Positions 45,009 to 58,597 of a stretch of DNA of 64,000 nucleotides are shown here, in pieces. The DNA is from the human T2T-CHM13v2.0 reference genome, Homo sapiens. Position 1 is the stretch's first letter, and each line of letters starts with the position of its first letter. The DNA lies in NCBI RefSeq assembly GCF_009914755.1, contig NC_060927.1. One strand, 5' to 3'. The translations under genes were made by a program, and so were the position numbers. The notes beneath the pieces are model-generated. The model was not told the DNA's origin and did no database searches. It saw nothing but the letters and a program-made list of their open reading frames with translations.

Positions 45009-46759
45009 TCTTTTAGTGTTTTTAATATTTCATTCTACTACCTTCTGCATTTCTGATAATAAACTATGTTTTGATTTTAATGAGGTTCCCTTGTACTACT
45101 ATGTAGCAAGTCACTTTATTTCTTGATATGTTAAATATTTTGTCTTTATTTTTGGGTTTCAACATTTTTACTATAATGTGTCTGGGTAGGTAGTTATTTG
45201 AATTTATTCAATTTCAATTTTATAGAGCTCTTGGAATTACAAATTCATATTTTCAATAAATTTGTGATTTTTTAGCCTTTTTTTAAAATGTATTTTCTGT
45301 TCCTTCCTTTTTCTCCTCTCCTAATAACCACGTGGTACCATTTGTTGGTACACTTAATGATGTCCCAAATTTATGAGGTTCTGCTCATTTTTGTTTATTT
45401 TCTGTATTTCATTTTGCATAAATTATATCACCAGGCTTGTTGATATTTTTCTTCTGCCAGCTCCAATTTGTCATTGAGTGATTTTTAAAATTTCTTATTG
45501 TAGTTTTTAGCTTCAGAATTTTTAATTGATTTCTTTTCACATTTCAATTTTATATTGGTACTCTAATTTTGCTCACACATTGTTTTCCTCATTTCCTTCA
45601 GTTCTTCATTCATGGTCATCTTTAAGTGTTCAAGTATATTTAAGATTTAGGAGAGTTTATTTAAAATACTTGTCTATTCAGTCCAATGCCTGGATAGCCT
45701 CAAGGAGTTTCTATCAATTTAATTTATTATATGAATGGGCTATTTTCTGTTCCTTTTAATATCTTGTAATTATTTTCTGAAAAATTAGTGTTTTGGATAT
45801 TATAATGTGATAACTCAAGAAATCACATTCTTCTTCTTCCCAAGGGAATTCTGTTGTTGATAGAAAGACTTGAGACATCCATTTATTTCATGACTTTTTC
45901 AAATCATTTTTCAAAAGCTGCATTCCTTGTGTGTGGTCACTGGAGCCTCTGTTCTGCTATCTCTGTGGTCACATTGTTATTGGACAGACATTTACTTAAA
46001 TGCCTGGGCCAAAATAAAAGATAAACAATAAATACTATTTTCTTAGTCTTTGCAGCTTGCCTCTGAGCTGAGGTACTCCCTTACTAAAGCCAAGCCTCAT
46101 ACAACTCTGCCTTAGCCTTCACCACCTGTTTGTGTGGAGCCCACAGATCCATCAAAGATGAAGGGTTAAGATCCTCTCAGGCATTTTCAAACTATGCATC
46201 TGGCCTTGGGCATACACATTGTATTCTGTTTGCCCCATCATATGTGTTGCTCCTTCTTGGCTCTTGTTACTTCAAGAAACTTTCTCCTCAGGCTTCTCTT
46301 TCTTAGGCTTTTAAATCTGTCTGCTGCTGGCTTTATCCAATATCCCCTTCCTCAAGTAGGCACAGTGTACATCACTGAATTTTTCAACAGACACACTGCT
46401 AATACCTGATACCCACTGAAGTACAAAAGAGAGGCAGGAAACCAAAGGCCAGCTTCTTTATCATTCAGGAAACGACAAGACTGGTCAAAACACATGGCCA
46501 TAATATTTTAAGCATAAAGTTTATATTAGCTCCCTGGTTCCAGCAAACTATACTGGGAATGCAGGCCACCATCCACATGAACACGCACCCACCGGGAAAT
46601 TGAGGGATAATAAGCTGGTGAGTGAAAATCCCACAACATTCTCTTACAGAAATTCAGCTGTCTTTTTCTTCATTAGTCACCTGTCTGCTATACATTTTGG
46701 ATTAGATTTTATGGATTCAAAATAGTTGATTACTTTAGTCTTTCCTGCTTAAACTTAAA

Positions 46760-48268
46760 AGTTCAAAGTCCAATGATCTTATTTAAATACATATAAATCA
46801 GATATGGGTGAGACTCAGAGTACCATCCATCCTGAAGCAAATTGCTCTCTAGCTATGATTCTGTGAGACCAAAGGATTATATGCTTCCAAAATATAATGA
46901 TGAGACAGATACAGAATAGACATTCCCAATCTGATAGAGAGAAATAGGAAAATAAGAAAGCTGTGACCAGTCCAACAGGGTAAATCAATGCCACTGGACC
47001 TTAAGTCTTGAGAATTATTATATTTGGCTCAATACCCTGATATTCAGCTGCATTGGAAAGGAGATCCTACCTTTTGGGCCCACTAGAGTGTGGGTACTAT
47101 CTGCAGACACACTGGGGCCTCAGTATTGTCACTGCAGTCTTTCCAGGCAGGCTTTAGGTCAGTAATGCTTTTGGCAGCCCAAGTCCCAAAGCTTGGTCCA
47201 GTGGCCTCTCTACCTGGACCTCACTTCCACAGAGCTATGTGCTTGGTCCCTGAAGCTCTCCTGGGCTCCCCTGGACTCTCTCAACCCCACAGCTCTGCAG
47301 GAGGTCCTATCTCTTGAAATCTAGATTTCCAGCTTGCCTGGAAAGACTGCAGGGACAATACTGAGGCCTCTAGTGGTTCCGTAGATAGTACCCACACTCT
47401 AGTGGGTCCAGAAGGTAGGATTTCTTTTCCAATGCGGCTGAATGTCAGGGTATTGAGCCAAATATGATAATTCTCAAGACTTAAGGTCTAGTGGGATTGA
47501 TTTACCCTGTTGGACTTGTCACAGCTTTCTTATTTTCCACAAAAATTTGTTCAGAATTTACTTGGTACTCTCTGAGATAGAAAATTTCTCTCTAGTTCAC
47601 CATTTTTCTTTCACAGCCTTCACCAAAATCACCGTTGGCAGTTCATTTACTAGAATGTAGATGCATGCAGAAATGGCATGAGGTGCCAGTGGAGTGAAGG
47701 GCACACAGAAATGATATATGTATCTCAAAACTCTTTCAGTGTCTACCCATTATCCAATTCCAAAGCCTTTACACATTAGTCAGCTCAGGGTTCTATAAAA
47801 CTGTGTGGTTCTGTTTTTTATAACAGAAATTTACCAGGTGTGGTGGCTTGTGCCCATAGTCCCAGCTACTCAGGAAGCTGAGGTACGAAGATTGAGCCTA
47901 GGATTTTTGTGACCAGCCTGAGCACCATAGCAAAACCCTCATCTCAATACAAAACCAAAACAACCAGAAATGAATTTTTCACAGTTCTTGAGGCTTAGAA
48001 GTTTATAATAAAGGCAACTGTAAGTTTGATGTCTATTGTGACCCAATTCCTGGTTCATAGAGGGCCAACTTCCTGCTGTAACCCCGCGTGGTAGAGGGGG
48101 CCAAGATTTGTCTCTATCGTCTATTTTATAATAGCACCAATCCCATTTATGAAGGCTACTGCCTTCATGACCTAATCCCTCCCAAAGACCTCAACTCCTA
48201 ATACCATAGGATTTGGGGCTAGGATTTCAACACATAAATCTGGGGGAGACACATTCAGTCTGTTGCAT
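46760..48268 (-). mobile_element. MLT1A-like internal region plus LTR (~47775-48268), with a FLAM at ~47833-47960 (+)
   Basis: MaLR-int motif aaatcagatatgggtgagactc; LTR end ggatttcaacacataaatctgggggagacacattcag; Alu monomer inside. Confidence 0.7.
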
Positions 48269-48388
48269 ACAGTAATAGATTTTTTAGGATTGGACTAGTC
48301 TTACATTTCAGAAATAAATCCAATTTAATCATGGTGTACTATTTTTGCTTTATACATTTTTGGATACATTTTGCTAATATTTACCTGA

Positions 48389-48438
48389 TAGGTTTCCCTA
48401 ACCATAACCCTAATCCTAATCCCTGTAGGTTTCCCTAA
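48389..48438. repeat. Short interstitial telomere-like insert between 13-bp direct repeats
   Basis: TAGGTTTCCCTAA-ccataa ccctaa tcctaa tccctg-TAGGTTTCCCTAA. Confidence 0.75.
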
Positions 48439-49049
48439 ATCTGTGAATATGATGAGTTTTGCCTAAAATTCTCTTTTTTCATGATAGTAACTTTCTATTT
48501 TTGCTCCACTATTACTCTAATAATGATTATAATTGTATTAAAACAATGTTTCTAAAGTTTCATTGAACAAACCAAGAAACAAAAATCTATCCCTCACAAT
48601 TTTTTTCAGTTTTGTTTATCTTGAGGAGATGTGTTGGTGGTAGTTCATTTTGAAGTATAGAATTAATATATGCTAAAGAGTTTTTGATGCACTACTGTTT
48701 AACTATCTTTTAAGATTTTTTATCTTCTAGTTAATGTAGGTAAGTTCTAATCTATCCAATTCTATTTTCTCTTTGAAATGGAAGATGAGGTTATATGCTG
48801 GTAAAGAATGTGAGAGAGGGCTGATGGGATCACAATTTTAAGAAAATTTTAGACCTGGAGAATGTGTTAAGTAGACACTATAAAAAATTGTCAAAATCAT
48901 TTTTAAAAGTAGGGTATTTCAAACCAGAGTTTAAGGTTCAGTAGAAGATGGAAATCTCAAATTTATTTTTTCACCTCAATGTATGTTTGTGAGAATTTCC
49001 CAGAAGTTTTCAGCTGCTCCAAATAGACTGACAAGATAGAACAAGGACT

Positions 49050-51250
49050 AACATGAAATTGTTTGTATTTCGTGTAGTGCATATGAAGGAATAAGCTGAG
49101 ATAAAAAATGCATTTAGTAAGGTGCATAAGTGCATGAATCTCAATTATAATATTTAATTTTTAAAATAAATATACACCCAAGCACCACTATCCAGGTCAA
49201 TATTCAGAACATCTTAATGACCTAGAAATTCCTGCCATGCCCCCTTCCAGTTCACCTCCAATCCAGCAGTAATGACTGTTCTGATTTCTATCATCATTGA
49301 TTAGGTCTATAATTTCTTGAACTTTATATAATGAAATCATATATTATATATTCTTTAGTGTTTGGCTGATTTTTCTCCACAAAATATCTATCAGATTTTG
49401 TACTAGTAGTTTGTTTTCTATGCTGTGGAGTGATCCATTATATGAATATATATATATATTTATCATTTACTAATTGATGAATGGAGTTGTGCTTGTGGAA
49501 TTCTGTGGAAAGCACGTGCTAAGACAGAATTTGGTGTGCAAAAGCTGAACTAGAGAATAACACCTGTAAGAAATAGGAGGAAAAGTCACTGGATTGCAAG
49601 GTAGACTAATTAATATCTTAGCCAGCCTTCTGGGAAGACTCAAAGCAAAAATTGCCCAGTAGAATGGGCTCTTAGTAATTCATTAATTGGGGGTTGCTCC
49701 CAAAAGATGGTGACCTCAGCTACTATTCCCTTGCTCATACATTGGCTGAAAGCTGCTCAAAGAAGACCTCAGATACCACCACATTGCTCACTCAATTGCC
49801 ACAGGCCATCCTGATAAGACCATGAAATAAGCCCAAAATGTAGGATAGATTCTAAAAATTAGGCAGCAAGTTTTTTTGTTGTTGAAGTTGAACCCAAACA
49901 GTGCATCTCTATTTCAGCCAAAAGGTTTTTTTCTAGTATTTGACAATTATGAACAAAGCTGAAATGAACCTTCTTGTAAATGGTTTTGACTCTAATAAGT
50001 GATTTCTCAGAAAAATATGTGAGTTTTAGGTTAGCTGTATTTCCTCTTTAGGAGATACCATCAATTTGCAAAATGTTAAGACCAATTTACCTAAACACAA
50101 GCAAAATAGAAGTACCTGTTGTTTTCTATTCTCATCACCTCTTAGTTTGTTCAGTCTTGTTCCTTTATACCACCACAATGTCTTTATCCATTTACTGATG
50201 GCATTTGAGTGAGTTTATTTTTGCATCTTCCATAATTATGCATGCATATATCTGCTGGTTTGCATGGTATGTATAAGTTTAAATTTTTAAGAAACTATAA
50301 AACTATTTTTCACTTTGCTTATTTATTTCACATTTTAAGTAGAAAGGTAAAAAAAAATCCAGTTGCTCCACATTTTTGCTAAAACTCTATAGGATCATTA
50401 TAATTTTACTCAGTCCACTGGGTGAGTTGTAGCATCTCACTGTAATTTACATTTGAATTTTCCTAATGAATAGTGAAGTTGAGCATTTTCTCTTGTATTT
50501 ATTGGCCATTTATATATATTCTTTGATGAAATATCCATCAAAACCCTTAATCATCTTGTTAATCAGAATGTTAGTTAGATTTCTTATTACTGAGTTGTGA
50601 AAGTTTTATACATTCGAAATGAAATCCTTTTGCCAGGTTTTTTTTTTTTTGAAGTATTTACTCCAATCTATAGCTTGCCTTTTTTATTGTCATAGCAATT
50701 TTATTTGTTAATGTATGTATAATTTTTTAAGCTTTGATAAAGTTACTGATTCAGTACATAATTCATACTGTCTATTTTATATAGCTTTGTAAAATACAAA
50801 GTACTCAGATTTTTTTCAATGCTTCATTTTAAATGGCTTTAGTTGTAGTTCTTACATTTGAATCTATGATTTATTTTCAGTAGATTTTTGTACATTGTAT
50901 GAGGTTAGAGACAAAGTGGTTTGTTTTATGGCATTACTATATGATTTTTCCACCACTGCTTGTTAAGAAGATTGTTTCTTCTTGATTGAATTGCATTGGC
51001 AACTTTGTAAATAATTAATTGACCACATATATGTGGTTAAATTTCAGGGCTCATCTTTCATTGCTCTATCTTTCTTTGCACCAATATTCCAGTGTCTTGA
51101 TTATTTACAATAAGTCTTAAAATCAGGTAGTATAGTTCCCCAGTATATTTTTTACAAAGTCATTTTGGTTATTCCCAGTCTTTAAATTTCCATATAAATT
51201 TTAGAATTCTCTTGTCACTTCCAAGAAAATAAATCCTGCTTGGTTTTCTG
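49050..51250 (-). mobile_element. Old L1ME-type fragments with an ERVL LTR16-like piece (~49490-49860)
   Basis: Decayed antisense L1 3'UTR/ORF2 motifs; LTR16-like gctaagacagaatttggtgtgcaaaag. Confidence 0.55.
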
Positions 51251-51993
51251 CAAATAAAATATATGACAGTAAATAGAACCTCAGAGCAAAAGCCAATTCT
51301 GTACTCAGTTCCGTAGGAAACAAATGCACATTCCCCAGCATCCACACTTCATTCTTATGACATGTATAATAAACTTCACATCATCCTATAGTTATATTTG
51401 GATGGAAAGTGGTATTTGGTAGCTGGAAACCCTGCTCAAATAATTCATTAATTTATGACCCAAATATTTATATATAGCCCATGTCAAAAAGCCTAATTAA
51501 AATAATATAACAGAATGTGAAAAGAAAATAAGGAAATAATAATAAATAAAATATAATTTACTCAAAATGTCTGAGGCAATAAAGTGGAGACTAAAAGACC
51601 TAATGATCATCATTTGCATTAAATGATGTAAAGTGAGATTACGAGAAACATTACTGATTTCCAGACTCAATTTCCTTAATAAAAATGGTGCGAGATTTTT
51701 GTCTATAGAAGTGTTTTCTTTCTATTTTGCTTCTGTTATCTGCCATCAGTTACATATCTCTAAACACATATTGAATGTCCTGCCTCTAGTCCACCCCCTT
51801 TATATTTCTGAGCAGCCAAGCACCTATATTTCGTAAACCTAAACTTTATTCTTACCACTTGATTAGTTTCTCCAGTGAAGCCAACACGCATGCAGGAACC
51901 CCGCAGATCCTGTGGTTATTGTTATGTTATCTGTAGACAGCCTCTCCACAGGGGCTGCCGTATCTCTGCCAGTCCCATGCCTCCGCCACTTAC

Positions 51994-52024
51994 TCCTACT
52001 GATTTTCCTGCCAAGTTCAGTGCT
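51994..52024 (-). other. Candidate micro-exon, 31 nt
   Basis: ttattctttttttcag|A ... GGA|gtaagt, in a locally CpG-richer unique patch. Confidence 0.5.
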
Positions 52025-52756
52025 CTGAAAAAAAGAATAACCAGCTATGAGCAACACGTTCTTTTTCTGCAGACTGACAGGGCTGTGCTTTAATCTCCTC
52101 TTGTGTCTCATAACAGAAGCTTTTATAACAGTTTTTGCTAACTGTCAGACTACTGTAAGCCACTGCTTATGATACAGTGAGGGGGAGAAGAATTTAGAAT
52201 TATATACATTTAGTTGACAAGAAGGATGTTGGAAATGAAACATACATATGGTAAGACAGTAGGTTATGCTTTAGAATTGGTATTCTGAATGGAATGTTTT
52301 TCCTTAAAAAATGCACACATATAGAAGTTTTCCCTGTGTTTAAAGAACACAAATATGGCTTACTTCATAAAGTGGAAAGATGGGTTCTAAATGAAATTAA
52401 TCCTGGATATTTTAAAGAAAATCTATATAACATAATTTAAATAAACCATCCTTCTACTCTAGGCCTGACTCCAGCATTTCACTAGCCATCTTACTCTTCT
52501 CATTTATTATAATGTGAGCTGAGAAAACGATCGTCTTAAGTAGGTTGAATTTGATTATGGGAAGGTTACTGAAATAGGTTTAGTACGATATAAAATGTAG
52601 AATACAATAATTATTTGTTTATGTATTTTTCAACTTCACTAGAGTTTCCTGGAAGGAGAATCTGTGACTGGCCTGTGAATCTATCCAGTCTAAATATAGT
52701 ATCTAGCATCTGCTAGGCACTCATTAGTTTATAGGTACTAATACAGTAGTCTGGCT

Positions 52757-52804
52757 CTACACTACACTACACTATACCACACTATACTACACCACGCTAC
52801 ACTA
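52757..52804. repeat. Degenerate (CTACA)n pentanucleotide repeat
   Basis: ctacactacactacactataccacactatactacaccacgctacacta. Confidence 0.9.
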
Positions 52805-53039
52805 ATTTTGAGAACTTACCACTGAACCTCCCAGACATCAATTTCTTCAGTAAAATAGTTGGAGCTAGATTAAATGTTACACATTATATATATCTACACT
52901 GCTTAGCCTCTATGAGTTCATAATAATTGTACTTTAAAAAAATTGAGTTCACATAAAATCTGAATTTTAGGAATGTCTCAATTATCTTTTTTTACATAAT
53001 AAACAACCCTAAAGTTTAGTGATTTTGATAGTGTAGGAT

Positions 53040-53382
53040 ATGAGGCCAGGGTAGCTTCTAAAGTCTAGATGTAAGATTGGGAGCCCTGCTGGTGCCATTG
53101 ACTGGGTGTTTGATTTTCTTCTGTGTAGGCATCTCCGCTTAGCTGTTTTGGCTGTTTCAAATAATTGTGGAGGGGTTCCAAAAGGAAACCCTGTAAGAGA
53201 ACAGACCCTAAGTGCCAGCACTTATCATTTACTGATGCTTCACTTGCATCACCCTTAAAGATATCCCACTGGCCAAAGCTAGTCACATGGTCAATTCCAG
53301 AAATTCTGTGGAAAGAGATTTCACAATGGCATGAATAACAGAAAGTGCGGTTAATTAGAGGGCACCAAAGTCAGTCTGCTGT
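53040..53382 (-). mobile_element. Old MLT1 (H-L type) LTR fragment
   Basis: tcccactggccaaagctagtcacatgg motif. Confidence 0.6.
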
Positions 53383-53486
53383 AAATATTTTTGGGTAATC
53401 TGAAATCTCTGCTTAAACCACATAGCAGCTGATTTCCTTATGAGCCATGAATTTTCCCAATTCCATTGTCTTCTCCCAGCCCAGTA

Positions 53487-53719
53487 CAGTTGTCCCTTGA
53501 AGTATACAGGTTTGAACTGCATGGGTTCACTGATACATGGATTCTAATCAACCAAAATTAGACAGAAAATACAGTATTTGTGGATGCTAAATGCTATATA
53601 CGAAGGGCGAACTTTCACATATACATTTTCAATAGGGCCAACTGAAGGACTTGAGCATACTATTTTTGTATACATGGACGTCCTGGAACCAATCCCCCAT
53701 GTGTGCTAAGGGAGGACTG
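53487..53719. mobile_element. MER8-like Tigger MITE
   Basis: TIRs CAGTTGTCCCTT / AAGGGAGGACTG, TA target duplication, 233 bp. Confidence 0.85.
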
Positions 53720-56700
53720 TAATTAATTGCCTTGTATACATTGAAGTTGCCTGTCCTTATATTAAATGATTGCTATGCCTCTTGTTATTTGTTTCTGGGA
53801 CTATATTAGAAGACTTTTGATAAGGTCTAAAAAGTATGCTGTGAAAATAACTTTTAAAAAAATTTGACATATAATGTATTCAAATGCTTTAAAATCTCTT
53901 AATGCTTATCTTTATCAAAACATTTGTATTAACAGTATTAGGTACTTATAGCTTTAAAAGAGTTCGCTTGATTTAAATCTTTGCTAGAGAATTACTTGTA
54001 CATGTCCTAAAAACAGTGTAGTAATTTAGGTATGCATAATTTCCTGTGATTTATTTCCTTAAATTCAACATGTCCATCTACATATTCCAATAGGACTAAA
54101 TCAAAATATAAAGTTCAATTGAAAATTTATTTTTTCAATGTGTATATTTTGCAAGCATTTTTTATATGAATGTACTTACTCAATTTTTGGCATATAGTCA
54201 ACATGAGTAACCTCACATTGTAAAAAGAGTGTAAATATATATATATAATTAAAATAATTATGTAAGTTTAAGTGATCACTACTTTGCCATTTGTATTGTT
54301 TGGCTTTGCCCTTGTGCCTACTCCTCTTTTAACTTGTGGACGATGTATAGTCATCACATATGTCAAAATAATTTTCACGTGAAAAAGGAGCATGAGTTCT
54401 GTCTTTTTTGTGTCTCTTCTTTTGGGGCAAAAAATACTTTTTCAGAGGATAATCGGTGCACTTCACCTTAATTTTGATTGCCAATAAATGGTCCGCATTG
54501 CTATTCTTAAACTAGGTATTAGCAAAGATAAAGAGAAAAATATTACATTAATAACTTAGATTAATCATTTGAGATGGAATAGGTCTTGAAGAATCAACCA
54601 CCATGAATATTATAACAGAATAGCTATTTTTTTGCTAGTTACCCATATACAATTTTAATTATATGATCTGATGCATTTTAAGATGGGAGCTAGCTTTGTG
54701 TAACAGAAAGAATGGGGAACGAAGAGTCAGAAATACTGAGTTCTAACCACTCCTCTGCTTCATCATGTTCACGCTTTTATTTAAATCCTTTATAAAGAAA
54801 TATATTTTTAATTCATGAGTGCTTTTAAAATATTAGATAGCAATGTACTGTATATTGCTTAATATCCCAAACAGGAATGAAGTAGCTCCCATAATCAGAT
54901 ACATTAGTATTTCAGCAGGAAAAGCTATGAATTGTTATGCTAAGAGGAATTAAAATAAAGACAGTAATTTACATCATGTTAGTTGATGGTAGAAATTATC
55001 ACCTGATATGTTATTTTAAAATCTCATTTCAGATTATTTTTTGTTTCAGATTTTTGAATTACGGATAATATATTTTGGATCTATAACTAGATATAATGTT
55101 TGGTATCACTCAGGTTCCTTCCAGATAAATTTATGTGTATGAATTACATAATTTCTAAGTTTCTTTACAAAACTGATACCCTATGAATCCTTGATCTAAT
55201 AAAAAGCAAATGCAACTATCTGTTTTATGTCATTTGCTTTATAATAGATATGAAACCCACAAGCAACATTTCCATAGATAGGCTACACAAATATCTCACA
55301 CAGAAGACAATTCTCAGGGCTTGGCTTACCTCTTCTTCTTAATGTCACCCTTTTGGTCTAGGTATGGCTCAAGATAAGAGTGAGGAGACTTCTGATTTGG
55401 ATAACAGTTTTACCTTTGATAAAAGATTAAAACAGCATCACTAAAATTAAGAAAAGTTCAAGTAGGTGAAATTTGTATTTTCCTCTACCTTAGTTTCCTT
55501 TCTCTCCTGTCCATCTCCAAGTGGCCTACCTTTTGTGTTTCTCAAAACCTTGATACACTATGCCCTCCACCAGAGAGCCCCATATTCCAAAGGCAGCACC
55601 TGTGCCTTCCTCTGCTCTCTTTGAAATGCACTCTTTTCAGTAACTATCTGTAATTTCAGATAGGTGAACTTACAGGCATCTGGAGTGAGGTGGTCCTGGG
55701 GGAAGTTAACTTAGAAGATCAGGAAATGTATTGAGGCTGTTTTGAAAATTCCTGAGTTTAATATCCATTAGCATGCAAGATGGCACTGGATTGGTAAGAA
55801 GAATGGGGGTTGGTAATCCCACCCTTTCTCCTTATGAGCTTTTGATATAATACTCAAAGTCCATGTTTACGCATTGCATTTTTTTTCTCAATGAAAGAGC
55901 ATGGAGAGAAAGCAAAACAAAACAAACAAACAAACAAAAAACAGAATATGCAAGTGGACATAAGATGATTGTCACCACCAAAGCAAATGTGCTTCTTAAT
56001 TTCCCAAAGCTTTGAAAACATCAAAGGGTAGACACAGGTCAGAGGAAACTTCCATTTGCATTTCTCTGAGACTTAGGGGGCCAACTGGCCTCAGAAAAAG
56101 AAATGCTATGAAATGGAACTTATTTGTGTATTTTTTTGGACTCACTAAATTCCAATGTCTGGTCCTCACTCAGCCCTGCAAGTCCAGAAATCTGATATTT
56201 CAGAACAAAGAAAATGTACCTATCTATCATCCTTATCCTAACCATCAAATACTACACACATAGGGATGAGCACTTAAGAACAAGTATGACAATTTGTCAA
56301 TTTAATTTTATTTCAGCAGAAAGTCAAATTATAACCAGAGTACCAGTTTCATAACTTATAATAGCAAAGCGAAGCAATTATTTGCAGAGAAGCACATGTA
56401 TCCCCTTGTTCAGAGCATTTTCTTTCCTTAAAGACAAATTGTGTGAGAGGCTAAACTCTCAAAAAAAAATTTTTGTGAGAAGGGAATCAGAATATGTCAT
56501 AAGATGGCATTCAGCTTTGTGTCCCAGCTGTGGTGGTTTAAAACACATTAAAAACCAAGGAAATCATATATTCAGTCAAGACTTGTATCCTGGTCAGGGC
56601 TAAAAGTTACCATCAACACTGACTTCTACAAATCACTTTTTCTATGATTCCAGGACAGAACAATCATCCTTTCATCTTTATATAAGTCCATTGATGAACT

Positions 56701-57383
56701 TACTTTGAATTATTTTGGTACTGAGAAGCAGTCTGTTTCTTGGGAGACACTGCTTTTCTCTGTTCTAATTCATGTGTTAATTTTAATGTTATGCAATGAG
56801 GATAATATTTATTAACTAAGAGTGCCCAGAGTCTCACTCCTCATTACCCATGAGAATATTATACAGAGATACTAATCTTTACTTTTGTTTTCAAGGTTGG
56901 ATAAGGTGAAATTCTATCAATTTTTATTTTTACACACAATTAAGAACTGTTGATTAACACAGTAACTCAGTTGTCTCCTTATGCCTCTTTGTTCTTTCAA
57001 AAAAGACTCAAACTTCTTAAATCCTCTGAGAAGTCAATAACCCTCCCTAAGATCTCTGTGAATTCCCAGGAGTTAAAATAATGAGGTAACTTCAGGCTCA
57101 TACATACTTATTCCACTTATTTTTTCTTCTTTATTCAATATCTTTCAACAGTCATTTTAACTCTAACGCTAATATTATCCTGAACATGGATCCCAACCTC
57201 ATATCTGATTGTCTTCTAAAAATAAACAAAATCAAGTCAGACAAAAAAGGAAGGATGGAAGGAAGAAACAAAGGAAAAAAGAAAGGAAGAAAAGCCAACC
57301 TTTTTGTGACTATATTAAATATATTGTGGAGAGAATTGTTATTTCAACATTAACCTTTGTAAACGTCTTATCAAACAATCTTG

Positions 57384-57386
<3 letters not shown>

Positions 57387-57426
<40 letters not shown>
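57387..57426. repeat. (TG)20 microsatellite
   Basis: Perfect run. Confidence 0.98.
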
Positions 57427-57429
<3 letters not shown>

Positions 57430-58168
57430 CATTGTTATTAAAATAATACATGTTTCTAGTTTTGTAAGATGAATGACATTGGCTTATAAAGAGAAACAGC
57501 AGTCCCTTATACAAACTCTCCTTATTCCTGATTGTTGTTCTCCAAATCTATTTTCACCTCCTAGTCATTTTCTCTGGTATTTAGGTCCACATTTTTAAGT
57601 AATTTGCATCTCTCCGTTAATTTTTCAGTTTTAAAGCTAACCTTTGTATATGGAAGTTACTATAGAAGATAAGGATTTAATGTCTTTAAATCTACTCCAC
57701 TCATTCCTGTTTTCATATGAACAGAAAATGCACAGGCCTCCTCCCATCCTCCTAGTCTATTCATATGTTGTTTTTCTTAAATTGATATCTAGTGTTTATT
57801 AATTTATGAACATATAGTTCAATATACGTTTATATTATGACCAAATTGTTCACTATACATATTACTATATATAGTAATACTTCTATAATATGTAATATAA
57901 ATATGTTTATTTACTTTTTATTATTCACACTTGAGCTACCTAGTTTACTAAGATTATGTTACTGTAAAACTTTTAGATTTACATAAAAAATTAATAATGA
58001 CATCACTTTTCACTTTTGTTAGAAAAGTGGTTCTTAGGAACCACTTCTTTGTTCCTATTGCTAACTCATTCCCAATTTTTCTAACAAAACTGAAAATATA
58101 TATTATTACTTGATTCTGTATGCACCAGTTGCCTTACAGGACAACTCCACAACTGTTATTATGAAACC

Positions 58169-58597
58169 TGTTCTATTTTGGATATTTGTCCCCTCCAAAT
58201 CTCGTGTTTAAATGTGATTCCCAATGTTGGAGCTAGAACCTAGTGGGAGGTGTTTAGGTCATAGGGGTATATCCCTCATGAATGACTTGCTGTTCTCACC
58301 AAGGTAATGAGTGAGTTCTGGCTCTCTCAAGCCACAGTAGAGCTGGTTGTTTAAAAGCCTGTGGCACCCCTCCCCCAACTCACTCTTCCTTCTTTCCTTC
58401 CTCCCTCTCACTATATAATGCCTACTCCCATTCACTTTCTGCCATGAGTGGAAACCCCCTGAAGCTCTCACCAGAAGCAGAAGCTGGCACCATGCTGCTT
58501 GTACAGCCTGCAGAACTGTGAGCAAAATGTTGCACTTTTCTTTCTAAATTACCAAACCTCAGATATTCCTTTATAGCAACAAAAACAGACTAACACA
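58169..58597 (+). mobile_element. MSTB-like MaLR solo LTR, inserted in an old antisense L1/HAL1
   Basis: TG...tttgtcccctccaaatctc...cagactaacaCA. Confidence 0.85.

Larger units (their letters stand above)
42400..46750 (-). mobile_element. Old L1M (ORF1 and 5' region), interrupted by L1PB
   Basis: Antisense ORF1-type motifs (ttgaaagatagttttgcagg...) resume collinearly after 45023. Confidence 0.7.
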
